64,000 nucleotides of DNA, taken from positions 62,001 through 126,000 of the forward strand of contig JBLWGC010000177.1 in the NCBI GenBank assembly GCA_048772705.1, written 5' to 3'. Positions 23,601 through 37,306 of this stretch are shown here, one piece after another (within the stretch, counting starts at the first letter, position 1; each line of letters starts with the position of its first letter). A model generated the notes under the pieces. The model was not told the origin of the DNA. It worked only from the letters and a program-made list of their open reading frames with translations, and did not search any database. This DNA comes from Leidyana gryllorum EB-2025a (Eukaryota > Protista > Apicomplexa). Made by a program: the position numbers and the translations under genes.

Positions 23601-26600
23601 ATCGTAGTGATATAAGAAGTACAATGACGACAAATGCTCCAGCGTGGTGTATAGACGGGCCGCTGCATCGGCCAGTGGTATATACATTGCCGTAGTCTTC
23701 TCGACCTCAGCCATAATCTCGTCAGCTCGAGCGGCCTCTCGGTTCACTTCTTCCGCTTGTTTCTTCAGGTTCTCCAAAGTATTGACCACTCTCTCGTCAT
23801 CCAATATATTCCCGCTAACATTGGCCAGCGAGTTGAGCAGAGCGTCTTCCAATTCACGGATCTTTACTCTGAACTCTCCCTGCAATTTGAGCACATCTCT
23901 CCGTTTCTTATCCACATCCGGCCTCTCCGACCTCAACACCATATTGAGACACTGCGGGAGAAGAATGATGAGAGAGGGAGAAAGAGGGAGAGGGAGAGAG
24001 AGTTACCTGATTACGCAGACTCGCCGGCGTTGTGGTGTAATTGATAAGAGTGACTCGCGAACAGAGATCGGGAGTGAATTGAACTGTGGGATCTCTGGTG
24101 ACGAGGAAGATGACAAAGGTGGGGGAAAAGTCAATTTCCTGTTCTCCAACAGTAATCAGTATACGGCCACCCGATCGGTGAGTTTCCTGATTGAGGACAT
24201 TGTTCAATATGGTATCCATCTCCTCAACGTCCTGAACCAACAACGCAGTACCGAATCGCAGAGCCGATTCGAGTTGTTTGACGAATCCAGAGTCAGAGAA
24301 GCTCGTCTTGACGATCTTCTTGTCAGCAAAGAGGTTCAGAATGAACTCTGTCGCCTGGCCCGAAGGGTCAATGATCAATGGGTAACGGATGAAACGTCGT
24401 AGAATAACGGTATTCTCCATCGACAAATCGTCGGGCGGCAGTCCGTTTGCCAACCACGAGTATCTCTCAGCCGGTTTCGAGAGGTACTCTGTCATACTCA
24501 AATCGTGCCGATATTGGATTTGCGACCCGTCCAATACTGAGTGCCATTCGGCAATCAATTTCCTGAAAAGAGAGGAGAGAAGATCAAAACGCTGACGCCG
24601 TACGGATGCACTCACTCTCGTTCGCCCTGCTCGAAGAATCCCATATAGGCAGAGAACGCTGAAGCCAAAATGTTGTCTCCCAACTCAGTGGTGAGACTTT
24701 CCTTGCTCTCATTGCAACTGTCGGCCCAACGCTTTTGTTCAGATGTCAGGTTCTTCAGCATCATTCGAGACGTCTCGACTTTCCGTTTCACAGCCTCCAT
24801 TTCCCATTTGATCTGTTGCTCCTCGGCGATAAGTTGGGCGTATTCGGCCTGGAGCAGAGCCAACTTCTCCTCGAGTGTTGCGATCAAAGTTTTGGTGCGC
24901 TCGTACTTGAGCTGGTTCTGCTGCAAAGCGGCCTCCAACTGAGTGATCTGTTGCCGTAGTGGATCCACTTTCAACACAATCTCAGCGCACTTGCACGACG
25001 AGTTGACCCAAAGTGACAGAGGTCCAGCTGCTTTCGAAGCCTTGTCAATCTTACTGTACTCCCAATCGTTGCTCTCGAGATACCTCCGTTTCAGGGTGTT
25101 CACGGTCGCTTGCGACAACACCTCCGGCTTTGTGGCATCAAAGTTAAGAATCCTGTTGATGAAATCACTACGCAGCGTCTTGCGAACCTCGTCCCAAGTC
25201 GCCACCTTGTCACCACTGTTGGTCAACAATACCACCACCGCCTCACAAACCATCTTCACCGACGCCGGCGGAGAAGACATACCTCTCAACTCGTCCAAAG
25301 CTCTGCAAAGATAGAAATGATTATAGACGCGCGATCAGAGAGTGATCACATCATTAGACGACGCAACAAGACACTCAGAGCGGGTGTGTGTTTCCCCGTC
25401 GCCCGTCGGACACACACTCGACGAGTGCACTCACGGCTCGGGGACTTACTTTCTGGGAATACTGGAGACGGACTCTTTGGCTTCGAGTAACAGCGGCTGC
25501 ACTTCGTTCAGCTCATTCTGGACCTCAGTCTTTTGGGCACTGATCTTTGTCTCCTGAACATTCAACACATCAGCCAATGCCTCGGCATCCTTCTTCTTTT
25601 CCTCAGCCTCCGCCTTCTGCGCCACCATAGCCTCCATTTTGGCGCTCGACAGCTTCTGTTTCTCGGCCAACTCGGCCTCTTTGATGGCGAGACTGGCTTG
25701 GAGCTCAGCAACTTGAGTTTCAGTCTCAGCCAATTTGGTTAGACCAACGGTGAGATGGTGAGTCGTATCGGACAGCTCGGCTCTCTTCTCAGTGACAAAG
25801 GCCAGAAGGTGTTTGATGAAGTCCAAGAAGTCTCGTGGGGCCACAAAGTTCCGTTTCTTTCCCTGTCTTGCTAGCCATTCGTTGATCTGCCCAACAGCGC
25901 TGTGGCATCCGACCATCGCTTGCGCCAGCAGATCTCGGCGTTCATCTTCCTCGGCTTCCCGCGCCCCGGCAGCGTATGCCTCCTGCGGGATGGGGAAGGC
26001 TTCTGTGAACTCGCGAGCGACGTGCAGCAGAGCCTCCTCGGGCCAGTCGCCGAACCAGTCGATGACGCAACGGTTGAAGAGGGCAGGCGATGTGGCTTGA
26101 CGGTTATAAAAGTCCGGATTCGCCGGATTCATTGTGAAGACAATGTGGAGGTTACGTTGGACTTGTTTGGTGAATCGGTTGAAGAGTTCTCCCTCATCCA
26201 TCTCGCCTCCGAACGCGGCGCGGCATTCACTGATCAGTTGAGTGTATTCGTCTTGTTCAAAGAGGCCAGGAACTTCACCAGCCGCAAGGAGGGCGTTCAT
26301 ACGTTCTAAGAAAGCGGGTCCCAAAACGTTGGACTCGTCGAAGATGAAAGTGATCTTCTCCTCACGGACACCGGCTCTCTTCATGACGCTGCGCAGATCG
26401 TTCTCAAAGGCGACGGTGTCATAGTTCCGTCCCGCTTTGATCTGGAAAACCGATAGGCCATTGAGCCAAGCCACAAATTTACTCAAAATAGTCTTTCCCG
26501 CGCCTGACACACCCACGAGGAGTAAGTGACCCAGGGGTTGCCGAAGGACACGATCAATTCTCAATATATGTTGGAGACACTGATCAAAGAGGACCAATTT

Positions 26601-29600
26601 GACACTGACTTCCTCTTCGTAGAACACATTGAGTTTACTCTTAATGACTGAACGCAACTTGTCGATGGGTGCCTCAGTGTAAGTGCCATTGAGAATGGTG
26701 GTGAAGAGGATGGGACGTTGAACGTCCTCACTGCTGACCATTCCAGCGAAGTGACTCAAGAAGATCTCATCCAATGTCGAGTCAGTCCATTCTTTGTGAA
26801 TGTCTTCAACCAAACGGTCTCTGAAGATTCGTTGGGCCTCATGGATAGCGAGACGCACGAGCTCGACGGGGCTCAGAGCGTCAGAGTCGCTACGATCTTT
26901 GACCGCCTCGTTGATAGCCACCTTCCATCTCGAGAGCTCACGAGGCGAGTAGATGTAATGCGGTTGCATATCGACAGTGAATTGTTCTTGACTCGCCATA
27001 TAAAACTCAACCATTGCTTCCGTCAGTGGTGACGCCAATGATCTCATCGATCCACGAAGCATTGCCCTGTTGAAGGTACCATAAATCTTCTTGAGAGAGT
27101 CTGGGCCAGGGAAGTCCACAAACAGAATTGGAGCTCCACGAAGGAATCGATCTGACATCGGATGTCGGCCAGCGTCAGTGGGTGGGTTACACGCGCCAGC
27201 GAATTGTATGCGTTCGAGTGTGACCTTCTCCCACACACCTGGCTGTGTCATCTTCCAGAAACAGCCACTCGCAACCATTTGCCGAACGAAACTGATGACC
27301 CTTTGGGTTCCGTATCGATCGGGAGACGGCAAGTTGATCTCATCACAGAAGAGGATCAGCCATTTCCCGGGTGTGTTGGGCCTCAACACAACTCCGCCCG
27401 CCGTCTTGACGTACTCACAATAATGATTGAACGTCTTGAGCAACATATCGGGTGTGGTTCCACTGCTAAAGTTGAGAGAACAGATCTCAAACTCTGCTTG
27501 ATGAGCCTTCAATGTACTGAGCAATGTCATAGTCTTGCCACTACCCGGAGGTCCACACAGGATGAACGGCCGTCTCTCCTGGAGATAAGTTCCAATGAGG
27601 TCGCGATGAGACCGCGTATCAGACGTCTCAATAACCAAAGTAGCTTCTTCGACCTGTCTCGGATCAATCTCAGTAGTGGGGACGGTGTCTCTCCATTTCT
27701 CCCACTCGCCAGAGTGGAGCACGACAGAGTAATCCAGCATTGTCCACCCTTCTCCGCTCCCTGCCTTTCCGCTGTCACCAGCCAAGTCGCTTGGCAACGT
27801 CACTGACGTCTCCGTGGCAAAGAGGTTACCCACGTCTCTGGCGAACACTGTCCGTTCATTCAGTGGCATAGAACCTCCGAATGCCCAGACAACCGCGACC
27901 ACCAGCGATCGGCAAATCACCTTCTCCACAACAGCTTCGGGTAGCGACTCCTCAGTGTGTCCCTGAGATTTCTCTTCCTGCAGGTCGATTAGCTCAATGG
28001 CTTTGCGTTCTAAACAGCTGAACAACGCTTCCACCACTCTGACCCGTGTGAATGTCATAATGTGGAAATGATCCTCGGCCAACTCCAGAGCTTTCATGAT
28101 AACACCGTTAGGATCAAAGTATTGCTCCAATACATTGGCAACGTGACCGCGAATGCGCATCGCAGCCTCAGACGTTCTGTAGACGTCTTGACCAAAGTTG
28201 ACTCGAGTGGTCTTCGCAGCTGAGGCTCGAGCCGGAGCTGTTTGCTGTTGAAGCCGGATGGCTGCTGACATGTTGAGCTCCTCGGCATTGGCTTCCTGCA
28301 AGATGACTTGGAGATTGGAGTTTCCACGTTCCAAACCTCCCTCTTTGAGCATAGTCTCGCCTCTGGCGAGTTGCACTCTGTGACACGGGTTTGAGGAGAA
28401 ACGTTGTTCGCTCTGTACTTACGTGGACGCCAGTCGTTTCATTTCCTCTGCAACATCTGGAGGTGAGTCGGTCTTGCCGCTGAGCTCGGCCAAATGATGT
28501 TTGAAGATACTGGTGAGCGACAGGACGGATTCAGACATCCAAACCATACCACAGCGACTCACAGTCGCCAGAGTGGCTGACTTGAGTGTGTCGACTTCGA
28601 ACACCAGGCGTACATTGTTCGGCACCTGGAATCTTTCACCGTTTGGAAGAGTCAACAATTTGTTGTCATCGAGCACAGAGTTGAGGTTCTCTGCCCACTC
28701 GGGATCAACGTCGCCATCAAAGATAATCCAATGACGGAACCGAATCTTTGGACTCGATGCATTGACAATCTTCCTCAGCGTACTGGTGAAGACACCATCG
28801 GTCCACTCCAATGTGGTTGGATCGAGTCTGCCGTACAATTGCTCCTTTGATAACGCTTTGGGATCAATGACATAGCTGACACCTTTGACGCCATCGACCC
28901 GCTCCATAGCGGCCAACAACACTGTCCAGGCAGATGTCTTGCCTGTGGACGATGCAGTGATGATGATAGACAGTGGAGAGATGTGATGTAGTCCTTACCG
29001 ACACCTGTGGGCCCAACGAGCATAACACCGTGATTGAGTTTCTGGATTTGATAGAGTTGTAACACTTTCTGTTTCCAGTTGATCTCGGGCTCGTAGTGAC
29101 GTTGACTGCACAGATTGGTGATCTCCGCTTCCAGAATGGCCTCCTCCACGGGCAATGTGGTTGCGCCTGGGAACACCGATGTCAACAGCGACTGCATACG
29201 AGATACATCTTTCTGGACCAACTTGGGCACCAACGAGTCACAGATTGACCGAATGACGATGGTGCGCTCAGCATCTTCAATGGGGCTGAAGGGGTGAGGA
29301 ATGATATGAAAGGGATCGTCGATGTTGGCACTCACTGTTCATCCTTTTGGGCACCTTGTTTCCTCTTGAGTTGACCTGCAGCACTGAGTACAGATTTGAG
29401 AGCTCGGAGGCCAAAGTCGTAGTGAGGTTGACGTGATAGTTGTTGGAAACAGAGGTCGAACAAGGCGACCACCTTGGTGGCCAACTTGTTCGCTGTCTCG
29501 AATCCTTGACTGTAGAGCATAACTTCTGTAATGAGAGACTTATCGGGAACGATCATCGCAAACTCTCGGAAGAGCTGTTTGAGGTTATCGGGCAGATTGC

Positions 29601-32600
29601 TTCTGCCAGCGTAACCAGGATTGAGAGTGACGAAGATGCCGACTTCGGTACTCAGCTTGACTTGTTGGTTGAGGAGGTCGATACTGCTGCGTTTCTCGCG
29701 GAGACCCGTCTGAATCGTCAGAATCTGTTCACTGACAGCCGACAGCATTCGCTCTTCCAGCCGGTTAAACTCGTCGAAACATCCCCAAGCACCGACTTCA
29801 CAGAGACCGACAAATATACGGCCCATTGCGTGGAAATCAAACGCTTCGTCACAATTAAACACCAACACGAACCGACCCAATGTGGCACCTAAGAATTTGA
29901 CGGTTTCGGTCTTCCCAGTTCCAGCCGGGCCGAAAGGATTTCCACCCAATCTGAGATGCAGAGCTCGAGTGAGAGTCAAGTAACATTTGTCAGTGAGCGG
30001 TGTCTGTACCAAACGCTCTGAGACACCCAGATACTCATAACCGTAGGAGAACTCGGCATTGGCGATCTGTATTTTGAGACGATCTTTCTCTTCCGGGACA
30101 TTGGCGTCATAATAGAATCTCATATATTGCAGCCAGTTGAAGTCATCGGTTCCAGTGCAATTACTGGCCATCAGAGCTTCACAGACATCACGTTGGTGAA
30201 CAACCTCTGTGATGAGTTGTACTGTCTTAATTCTGGTGATTCGGTCGTTGCTGCTCTCGACATTGTCCGCCAACACTGTCAGGAGTCCACGACATTGGGT
30301 CAGGAACTTCTTCAAGCCCTCGGCGGGCACTTTGTCTCTGAGAGCAGTCTCCAGCCAGGTGGTCCAGCGAATTTGGATGCTGAGAATGACAATCTGTGTT
30401 GGGTATTTCTCAATCCACGAGAAGAACTTTGCTGCCGTCTCCTTGGTGGGCACATCAGGTGGCAGGTCCTTCAAACTGCGCTCGAGTGCGAGACACAAAC
30501 TGGCAATCATATTCTTCTCCAACGCTGTCAGCCAAGTCATCAGCGACGTTTGGGGTGTGATCTCAATGGGATGTTCGAACGGTACCACTTCCTGTTCCCT
30601 GGAAACCATACCCGTCACACAGTTAGGCTTCTCAAGATCAATGCTGAGACTGGCGATGCCAGCGAACATTTTGTTGAGGTGACGTTGGACTGTGGCGGGG
30701 TCACGGGCGTTACCGATCATTTCCAACAGATCCTCGTCACCAACAAAGTAGAAACGAGGACAGCTGGACCTCTGTTTCTCCAGATAGTCTGACAAAGCCT
30801 TTTGTACTTTGGTCAACATTTCACTCAGCCGAGTCAGAGTCTTGAGGAGTCCTTCTTGATTCACGACATCAATAATCTTCGGGCGACTCGCGGCACGTTT
30901 CATGATGCCGACAAAGTCAGTATCAATGCTCTTGAAGCGGGCAAACTCGGTGGGCAGCAGCGCTTTAATGTCAGCACTGCCACTGAACACGCCCTCCAAA
31001 TAGACCCACTTTCTCTGCACATCGAGCCAAACATCCAGAATATTGCGGAGACGAGTCAACTTGTCGTCCCAAGCGGTCGCTTCCTCCTCAAAACTCTGTG
31101 GATGTTAATATTCCAATGAATGACCCTCATTGTCGACTCACCGCAAAGTAAGGACTCATTCTCATCGACTGTAAGAGATTGAGGTGTTCATCGAGAATAG
31201 AGAATATATCGTCGCCACCCGAAATGAGTTTGACTTTGGACTTTGTGAGAATGAATTGGAACTCCAAATCCGCCCAAGTCTCTTTGACCGAACTCAAGAA
31301 TTCCGACAGACCCGACTCGCCCTGCGCCCTGGTGAGCACATCCTTGAGGTACTCTTCTTGCTGTTTTGGGCGAGAATCTGCGTAGGTGGGGAGGAAAAAG
31401 ATGGAAATTGGCAGAAACAAAGCGTCAACATACCGTAGACGTCGCCCAGTGATAAATCTTGGATCGACTTGCGGATATTGAGGATCTCCAGAATCTTCTT
31501 CCAGTGACGATCTTTGAGAGTCTCGCTCTTCAATTCCGTTATCAGATGGTTGTGGGCCAAATAAGTCTTGAGGTCCTCTTGGAGCCGATCAAACGCTTCG
31601 TACTGACGGTATCGCACTGGGATCTGTTTCACTTGGTTCAGCAACGTCTCGAGACTCTCGCGAATCTTTCGAGGCTGCACAGCCGACCACGGAGTGTTCT
31701 TGAGCTCAGCGACATTGTCGTGCAACGAGCTCAGTTCGCTCCATACTTGTTTTAGATTGGACACTTCCTCTTCCACAATGCGAGGATCCATACCGCCGGC
31801 TTCCATGATCCCACCAGCAGGCAGTCCCAAGGCCGCCTTGGCGGTGTCCAGTTTATCCATCCGTTGATTGAGCGCTTGGATCTTCGCCTCTGTGTCGAAG
31901 AGCGTGCGCAGAGCCTCCTGTGGAGCCGTCTCGCCGCCGACGGGTTTCGATCTTCGCCAGTCGGCCTGAACTTTCTCCATAGCTTCACGTAACTTGCGGT
32001 CGATGACTCGCACAATGTTCTGTAACTGCGGTTTGTAGCGCTCAAAGAACTCATCCTGTTGTGTCAGGATGACTTGGAAGGCATCCCATTCTCCGGCGAC
32101 CCGTTCCGCGTAGACCTGTTGAGGGCAAAGCAGGAGAGTGTTTTTATGTCACCAGCAGCAAAGGATCTCTTCTTACCCATCCTTCAGGGAAGACATAACG
32201 GTTAGCACTGAGAACCTGTTCAGCAGCTTCGATCTGATGGACTTTACCGTCCCAATCTTGAACGAGTTCCTTGGCTCCACGGATCTTGGCGACATAATCT
32301 GCAATCTCGGTGGCCACGATCCTTGTGACCTCGTCTTGTCCAGTGAGAGTGTTGGGATCAATGGTGGCAAACTTGGCTGTAGAGAGGTCTCCCTGTTTCT
32401 CCAAAGCAGTCCTGGCCGCAGCCAAGCGGGCGAAGAAGCCCGTTGTTGACTCTCCCAACTTCTCACCAAAGAGACTGACCATTTCTCGAATTCTCTGTTC
32501 GTACTTTTGATCGACTCGAACTTGAACTCCGGAACAGTCTATGGTAACGGGACCGAACGATCTCCGATCGCTGATTCGATTGATGGAGGCTTTGACGGCT

Positions 32601-35600
32601 CTCAGCTCCTGAATGGTTTGGGACCAGACATCAAAGTCGTCACCCATCAGCTCAGCGCAGTGATTGATATCCGCGTCCCAGATCAAACTCAGATCGTCCC
32701 AGTGGGCGACCTCCGACTCTATCTCTCGCATAAGAGACTCAACGGCTTGATACGCCTCAGTGACTATCTCAGGATTCAACTTTTCCAACAGGTCGCGGTA
32801 AGAGGGCAGCTCGATGCCACTCTTGGAGTCGAGCAATGTGGGACGAGGGAGACGCGCTAATTTGGCCACAACTCGGTGGAAAGACTGAACCCATTTCTGA
32901 CGTGCCATATCGATGGGCGGGGAGATTGTGACAACTTTGTCAACAATGTCAACTTCGTGGAGTGACCGCTCTTTAATAAGTACTGTGCCATTGGTGGGCC
33001 AAGCGCTAAACTCCTTCGTCCAGGTGGCTACGATATTGGAGCACTGTTCGAGAAGAATAGTTCCCAACTCTTTCTCGAGATGTTCCACATAGTTCCGCAG
33101 ATTGGAGTATCCAGACTCAACGAGACGGTAGATGTATCCCTGGAGCTCCTCCGCACATTGTTGGAACTCTTTGGCGGGAGCCGCAGGCGGTAAGTCTTTA
33201 ATCTTTCGCAACAGTCGATCGACATTCTGAGCAGTGCTGGTCAACTCTGACATTTTCCGTTCCATAGATTCGATTGCCTTTCCGAACTCCAATGCCATCT
33301 CCTCAACTTGCTCAGATTCCCACTTCAACTTGAGTCCTTTCTGTATGCTGTCCAGGACGCGTTGCTGTTCCTCGGCGAGCAGCGGAGACATGGCCTGGAA
33401 TCGAGGATCGGACGAGAACTTGTCAGCGAGAGACTTGTTCGCCCGTAGAGACTCTTCCAAAGCGATGTAAACAGGGTACATAGCGCGACTCTCGTCTGCA
33501 CTCGTACGTACGGAGTAGGGCAGTCTGACATTCAAGGCACTGAAGAAGCGGAACTCCTTCCAGATATTGATTTGGACAGAGTCACAGTTGACTTCGAGCT
33601 GCAGTACTCGAGGCCCCATTCTCAGTATATGGAACACAGCGGCTCCGAGGTCGAGTTTCTTACGGGTCTTCACCTCTTCCAGCCAGGTGTCTACTAACAT
33701 TTTAGAGTTGCAGATCCGCAGGAACGAGTCGACTTCGGCTTTGATCTGTTGGCCGTCTTGAAACTCTTCCCAATTCTTTCCCAAAACATCTTCCATACGC
33801 TGCAACGCCAACTTGACTCTGTCTTCGATCTGACGGGTCCAAATAACCTTCTCGGCATTCGGGGGATAGTCCCGAATGCGAGCTGAAAAACACGCCTCAG
33901 TATTGTCGTGACCCTCTCGGAACTTCTTCTGGAGCGAGTGGAAGTCGGCCTTGACTTGATTCACCAAATCCGCCTGATGCTCCTGAATAGCACTTCTGAT
34001 TCGGGGACGGAAGAAGAGTGTATTATACTCGGAGAAGACTCGGAACATCTCATTTCCATCTTTCGCTTGACTCAGTCTCTCACGAATACGTTGAGTGATA
34101 CTCGTTTCAAAGCGGGTCAACTTTTCTTGATATATCTTCCGGGCAGAATCCCAGGCCTCCTGGCCGATCAGAGACACATCGAGGACATCAACCTGCTGCA
34201 ACTGTTTCAGGTTACTGTTGAGCTCCAAACACGCCTGCGAGTTGGCACCGCCCTGAGCGATCAAAACTTGCGCCACAACTTTGACAAAGTCCTGATGTTC
34301 CCGCCGAAGTTGCACGATTTCTTCCAGACGCTGTTTCAGCTGCTGATGATCAAACTTGGGTTGAGCCGCCAACTGTGCCACACCACGAGTCTTGGTGATT
34401 TGACGGGCCGTCTCCTTGAACTTGCGGAACTCCTCGTCCCATAGCTGAACAACAACAATGGATGAGGAGGGGGTCGCGTCAGTGTGTCAGTGTGGCAGAG
34501 GCGGCGTGGTTGTGACAAGTTGGTGGTGACGTACCAAAAATATATCTTTCCACTGTCCGTGAAAGTGAGCGAATTCTCCATATTTCATTTCAAAGAGACG
34601 TTGGGGGGCCAAGACTTTGGCCATTTGACTGCTGAGTTCGCGACTTATGGCTTCGATGAGAGCAAATGCTTGGGGAAGGGGGTAGGCTGCGGCACTTTTG
34701 ATCTTGCGCAGTTGACTGAAAATGATCTGGAGAGCATAACGGATCTCCTCCAGTGTAGCGGCTGTTTGCAGCTGAGGTATCGGGAAGTCTCGCATGAGCG
34801 TGTTGATGCTTTGGACCTCTTCCAACTTGCGTCCGACACCCGTTCCCGACTCGTAGAACAGACACCGTTTGTTTTCGTTCAGAATGGCCAGTTGCAGTTC
34901 CACCTCGGGATTGGTGAACTGCTCCTGAATACTCTTGAGGGAGGCCTCCAGATTCAACCAGTAGTTGACTTCGTGGGATGCCTTGGTGACCGGTTTCACC
35001 TCCTTCTTGACCACTTGACCGATTGCCGCTGACCACCCATGCACCTGGGTTTGTAACTTGTTTAGATAGACGGAGTCACTAGCTAAGGGGCCCATGTCGC
35101 TGACCATAGCCTTGCGGCCGAGCTCGCGTGCGCGGGCCACCGCCGCAACCACCTTGGCGTCGCAGTGCAACTCCACATGCACGATAGCACTGGCTTGCTG
35201 GGCTTGTTGAACTGCGCCGACAAACTCCTGCAACTTGCGACGAACTTGGGCCACATTCCGTCCGACTGCATCGTCCTCAGCAGTGGTCTGTGCGTAGATT
35301 GATCTCTTTGATGTACTCAGATCTGTCTCACCTTGCCGTCTCCTGCCCGAGCACCTTCCTCTGTGGTCAAAACGGGCTCTATTGAATTCTGCAGAAGATT
35401 CTGGAGGGCTTCGAGAGTGGAGTTTTCGCCTTGACCGAAACTGAGGGTCGAAACTTGCAGCTTTTGTCCAAGAGGTATGGGCTGACGATCTTCGCCCGGC
35501 TGTCCTGGGGAGACCGGACTCTCCTCGTCGGCGAGAGTCGCGATGTGAGGCCGCTTCAATATAGCGATGGCCTGGCTATTGAGCAGACGGCGGTCATACT

Positions 35601-35890
35601 GAGTCTGCAATAGGATCCAGGATTCCGAGGTCTCGGCGTCATATATACGGCAGACTGACAGAGAGGCGGGGACGGCGATAAGTAGTTATCAGGGAGGAGT
35701 TACCTAACAAGAGACGGACATTGGAGTCATTCACGAAGGCAGCGAGAACATCCTCGATCTCAGCCTGAGATTGCCGTAGGCTGCCGCCGAGGAGGTATGA
35801 TTGGACTGATTGCTTTGGTACACCAAGTAATGCAGGACAGATCTCGCTGAGGAAATTGACCAGTTGCGTCCGGAGTGACGCTCCCGACAT
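20641..35890 (-). CDS. Cytoplasmic dynein heavy chain, about 16 exons
   Basis: P-loops [17 protein letters not shown] (spliced), GPPGSGKT and GVSGAGKT. Also [35 protein letters not shown], stalk coiled coil and terminal WYQRGVA. The tail and the [11 protein letters not shown] motif are cytoplasmic-dynein type. Confidence 0.95.
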
Positions 35891-35941
35891 ACTAGAGTTG
35901 TGCTTTTTTTGTTGGTCTACTGATTAGGTTGTGCAATGAAA

Positions 35942-37204
35942 TCACTTCTTGGCCACAAGGCTGACGCTGTCGCCAGAAACTTTGAATGTCTTAGTTCTGT
36001 CCTTCAACCACTGACCGAGTTTGCCTTTGAAGTCAGCGGGCTTTTTCACTCGGGCACCAATGTGAGAGATCTTGCAGCTTCCGCCGGCGGCTTTTACGAA
36101 CTCTACGACAGCAGTCTCGTAGGCATCACCACCAGTGGCAGCTTTCTTGGGTGGGGGAGACGTTTCGGGGGATCCGGTGGCCTTGCGCTTCTTGTCATTG
36201 GTAGCGGCAGCAACCTCCTCCTTCTTGGGCTGTTGCTTGCCACCCTTTTTGGGAGCGGGCTTCTTGGGCTCCTCTTCCTCCTCTGAAGACTCCTCGTCTT
36301 CCTCCTGAGACTCCTCAGAAGAGTCAACTTGAGCAACAGGCTTCTCGTTCTCATCAGCAGACTCGTCAGAGCTGTCCTCGACTTCCTGACCCGCAGGGGC
36401 CTTCTCCTCCATAGCGTCCTCATCGTCGCTGTCGGCCTCCTCGTCGTCACTCTCAGCCTCTTCCTCGTCAGAGGAGACAACAGCAGCCTGAATTTTGGCG
36501 ATAGCAGCTTCCGCCTTCTTCTTGGCGGACGCGGAGTCCACCTCGGCCTCGGACTCGTCAGAAGAATCGTTCTCCTCCTCGTCTTCAGCGGACTCGTTGT
36601 CATCGTCCGAGTCGTTCTCCTCCTCGTCTTCAGACTCGGCGGCCTTCTTGGCAGTCTTCTTGACCTTCTTCTCGATGGCAGCGCGGAGCTGGGCTTCGGC
36701 CATCTCCTCTTCCTCATCAGAAGCCTCCTCGTCATCAGAGGCCTCCTCGTCGCCGGACTCCTCCTCCTCCTCGTCGTCGGCCTTGGCAACTCCGGCTTTG
36801 CTCTTCAGGTAGGCCTGGACTTGTTTGGCGAGTTGGGCCTTGGCGCCCTCATCGAGACTCTCGTCGCCGCTATCGGTGGCGTCGCCATCCTCGCTGACGA
36901 GGTCAGCGGGCTCGGTATAGCCGGTGAGGTGGACCTCAACCTTGGAGGGCTTGCCGGTGGACTGGGTGAAGGAGACCTTCGCGCCGGCAGACAGGTAGAG
37001 ATCGCAGGTATGTTGGAGGTGCTCGTGGCTCAAGATGGCTGCGACGTATTCCTTCTTGTTCTCATCCGAAACGGAGACTCTGAATTGATCGCCGGTTTTG
37101 ACATCACCAACGAGAACGAGGTTGGACAAGTGAACCAACTCGGCATCAGTGGCCTGGAGGCTCAATGAGTCTCCTCTTTTGATTGTAGCTCCGAAGAATG
37201 ACAT
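35942..37204 (-). CDS. Nucleoplasmin-like (NPL) domain protein with a long acidic tract and small C-terminal domain; putative histone chaperone or nucleolar protein
   Basis: MSFFGATIK...VHLSN...VHLTGY is the NPL fold of FKBP39/HD-tuins. It is followed by D/E tracts, a K-rich NLS-like segment and a ~55-aa globular end. Confidence 0.75.
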   Translation of the reverse strand: MSFFGATIKRGDSLSLQATDAELVHLSNLVLVGDVKTGDQFRVSVSDENKKEYVAAILSHEHLQHTCDLYLSAGAKVSFTQSTGKPSKVEVHLTGYTEPADLVSEDGDATDSGDESLDEGAKAQLAKQVQAYLKSKAGVAKADDEEEEESGDEEASDDEEASDEEEEMAEAQLRAAIEKKVKKTAKKAAESEDEEENDSDDDNESAEDEEENDSSDESEAEVDSASAKKKAEAAIAKIQAAVVSSDEEEAESDDEEADSDDEDAMEEKAPAGQEVEDSSDESADENEKPVAQVDSSEESQEEDEESSEEEEEPKKPAPKKGGKQQPKKEEVAAATNDKKRKATGSPETSPPPKKAATGGDAYETAVVEFVKAAGGSCKISHIGARVKKPADFKGKLGQWLKDRTKTFKVSGDSVSLVAKK

Positions 37205-37306
37205 GCCGTTGGACAACCGCTAAACCGCTGACGAAATTTTTTGCTTTCTGAAGCAGGCAAGAGCAAAACGATGGAGCACGAACTATTCTATCATCTCATA
37301 AACTCT

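Noticed and set aside
21592-35032. Many long plus-strand ORFs opposite dynein (e.g. 21804..22733, 23644..24402)
   Set aside because: Antisense shadows of a codon-biased gene, with no motifs of their own.
36103-37168. Arg-rich, Leu-rich and Ser-rich alternative-frame ORFs
   Set aside because: By-products of GAG/GAC-rich acidic coding sequence in the NPL gene.
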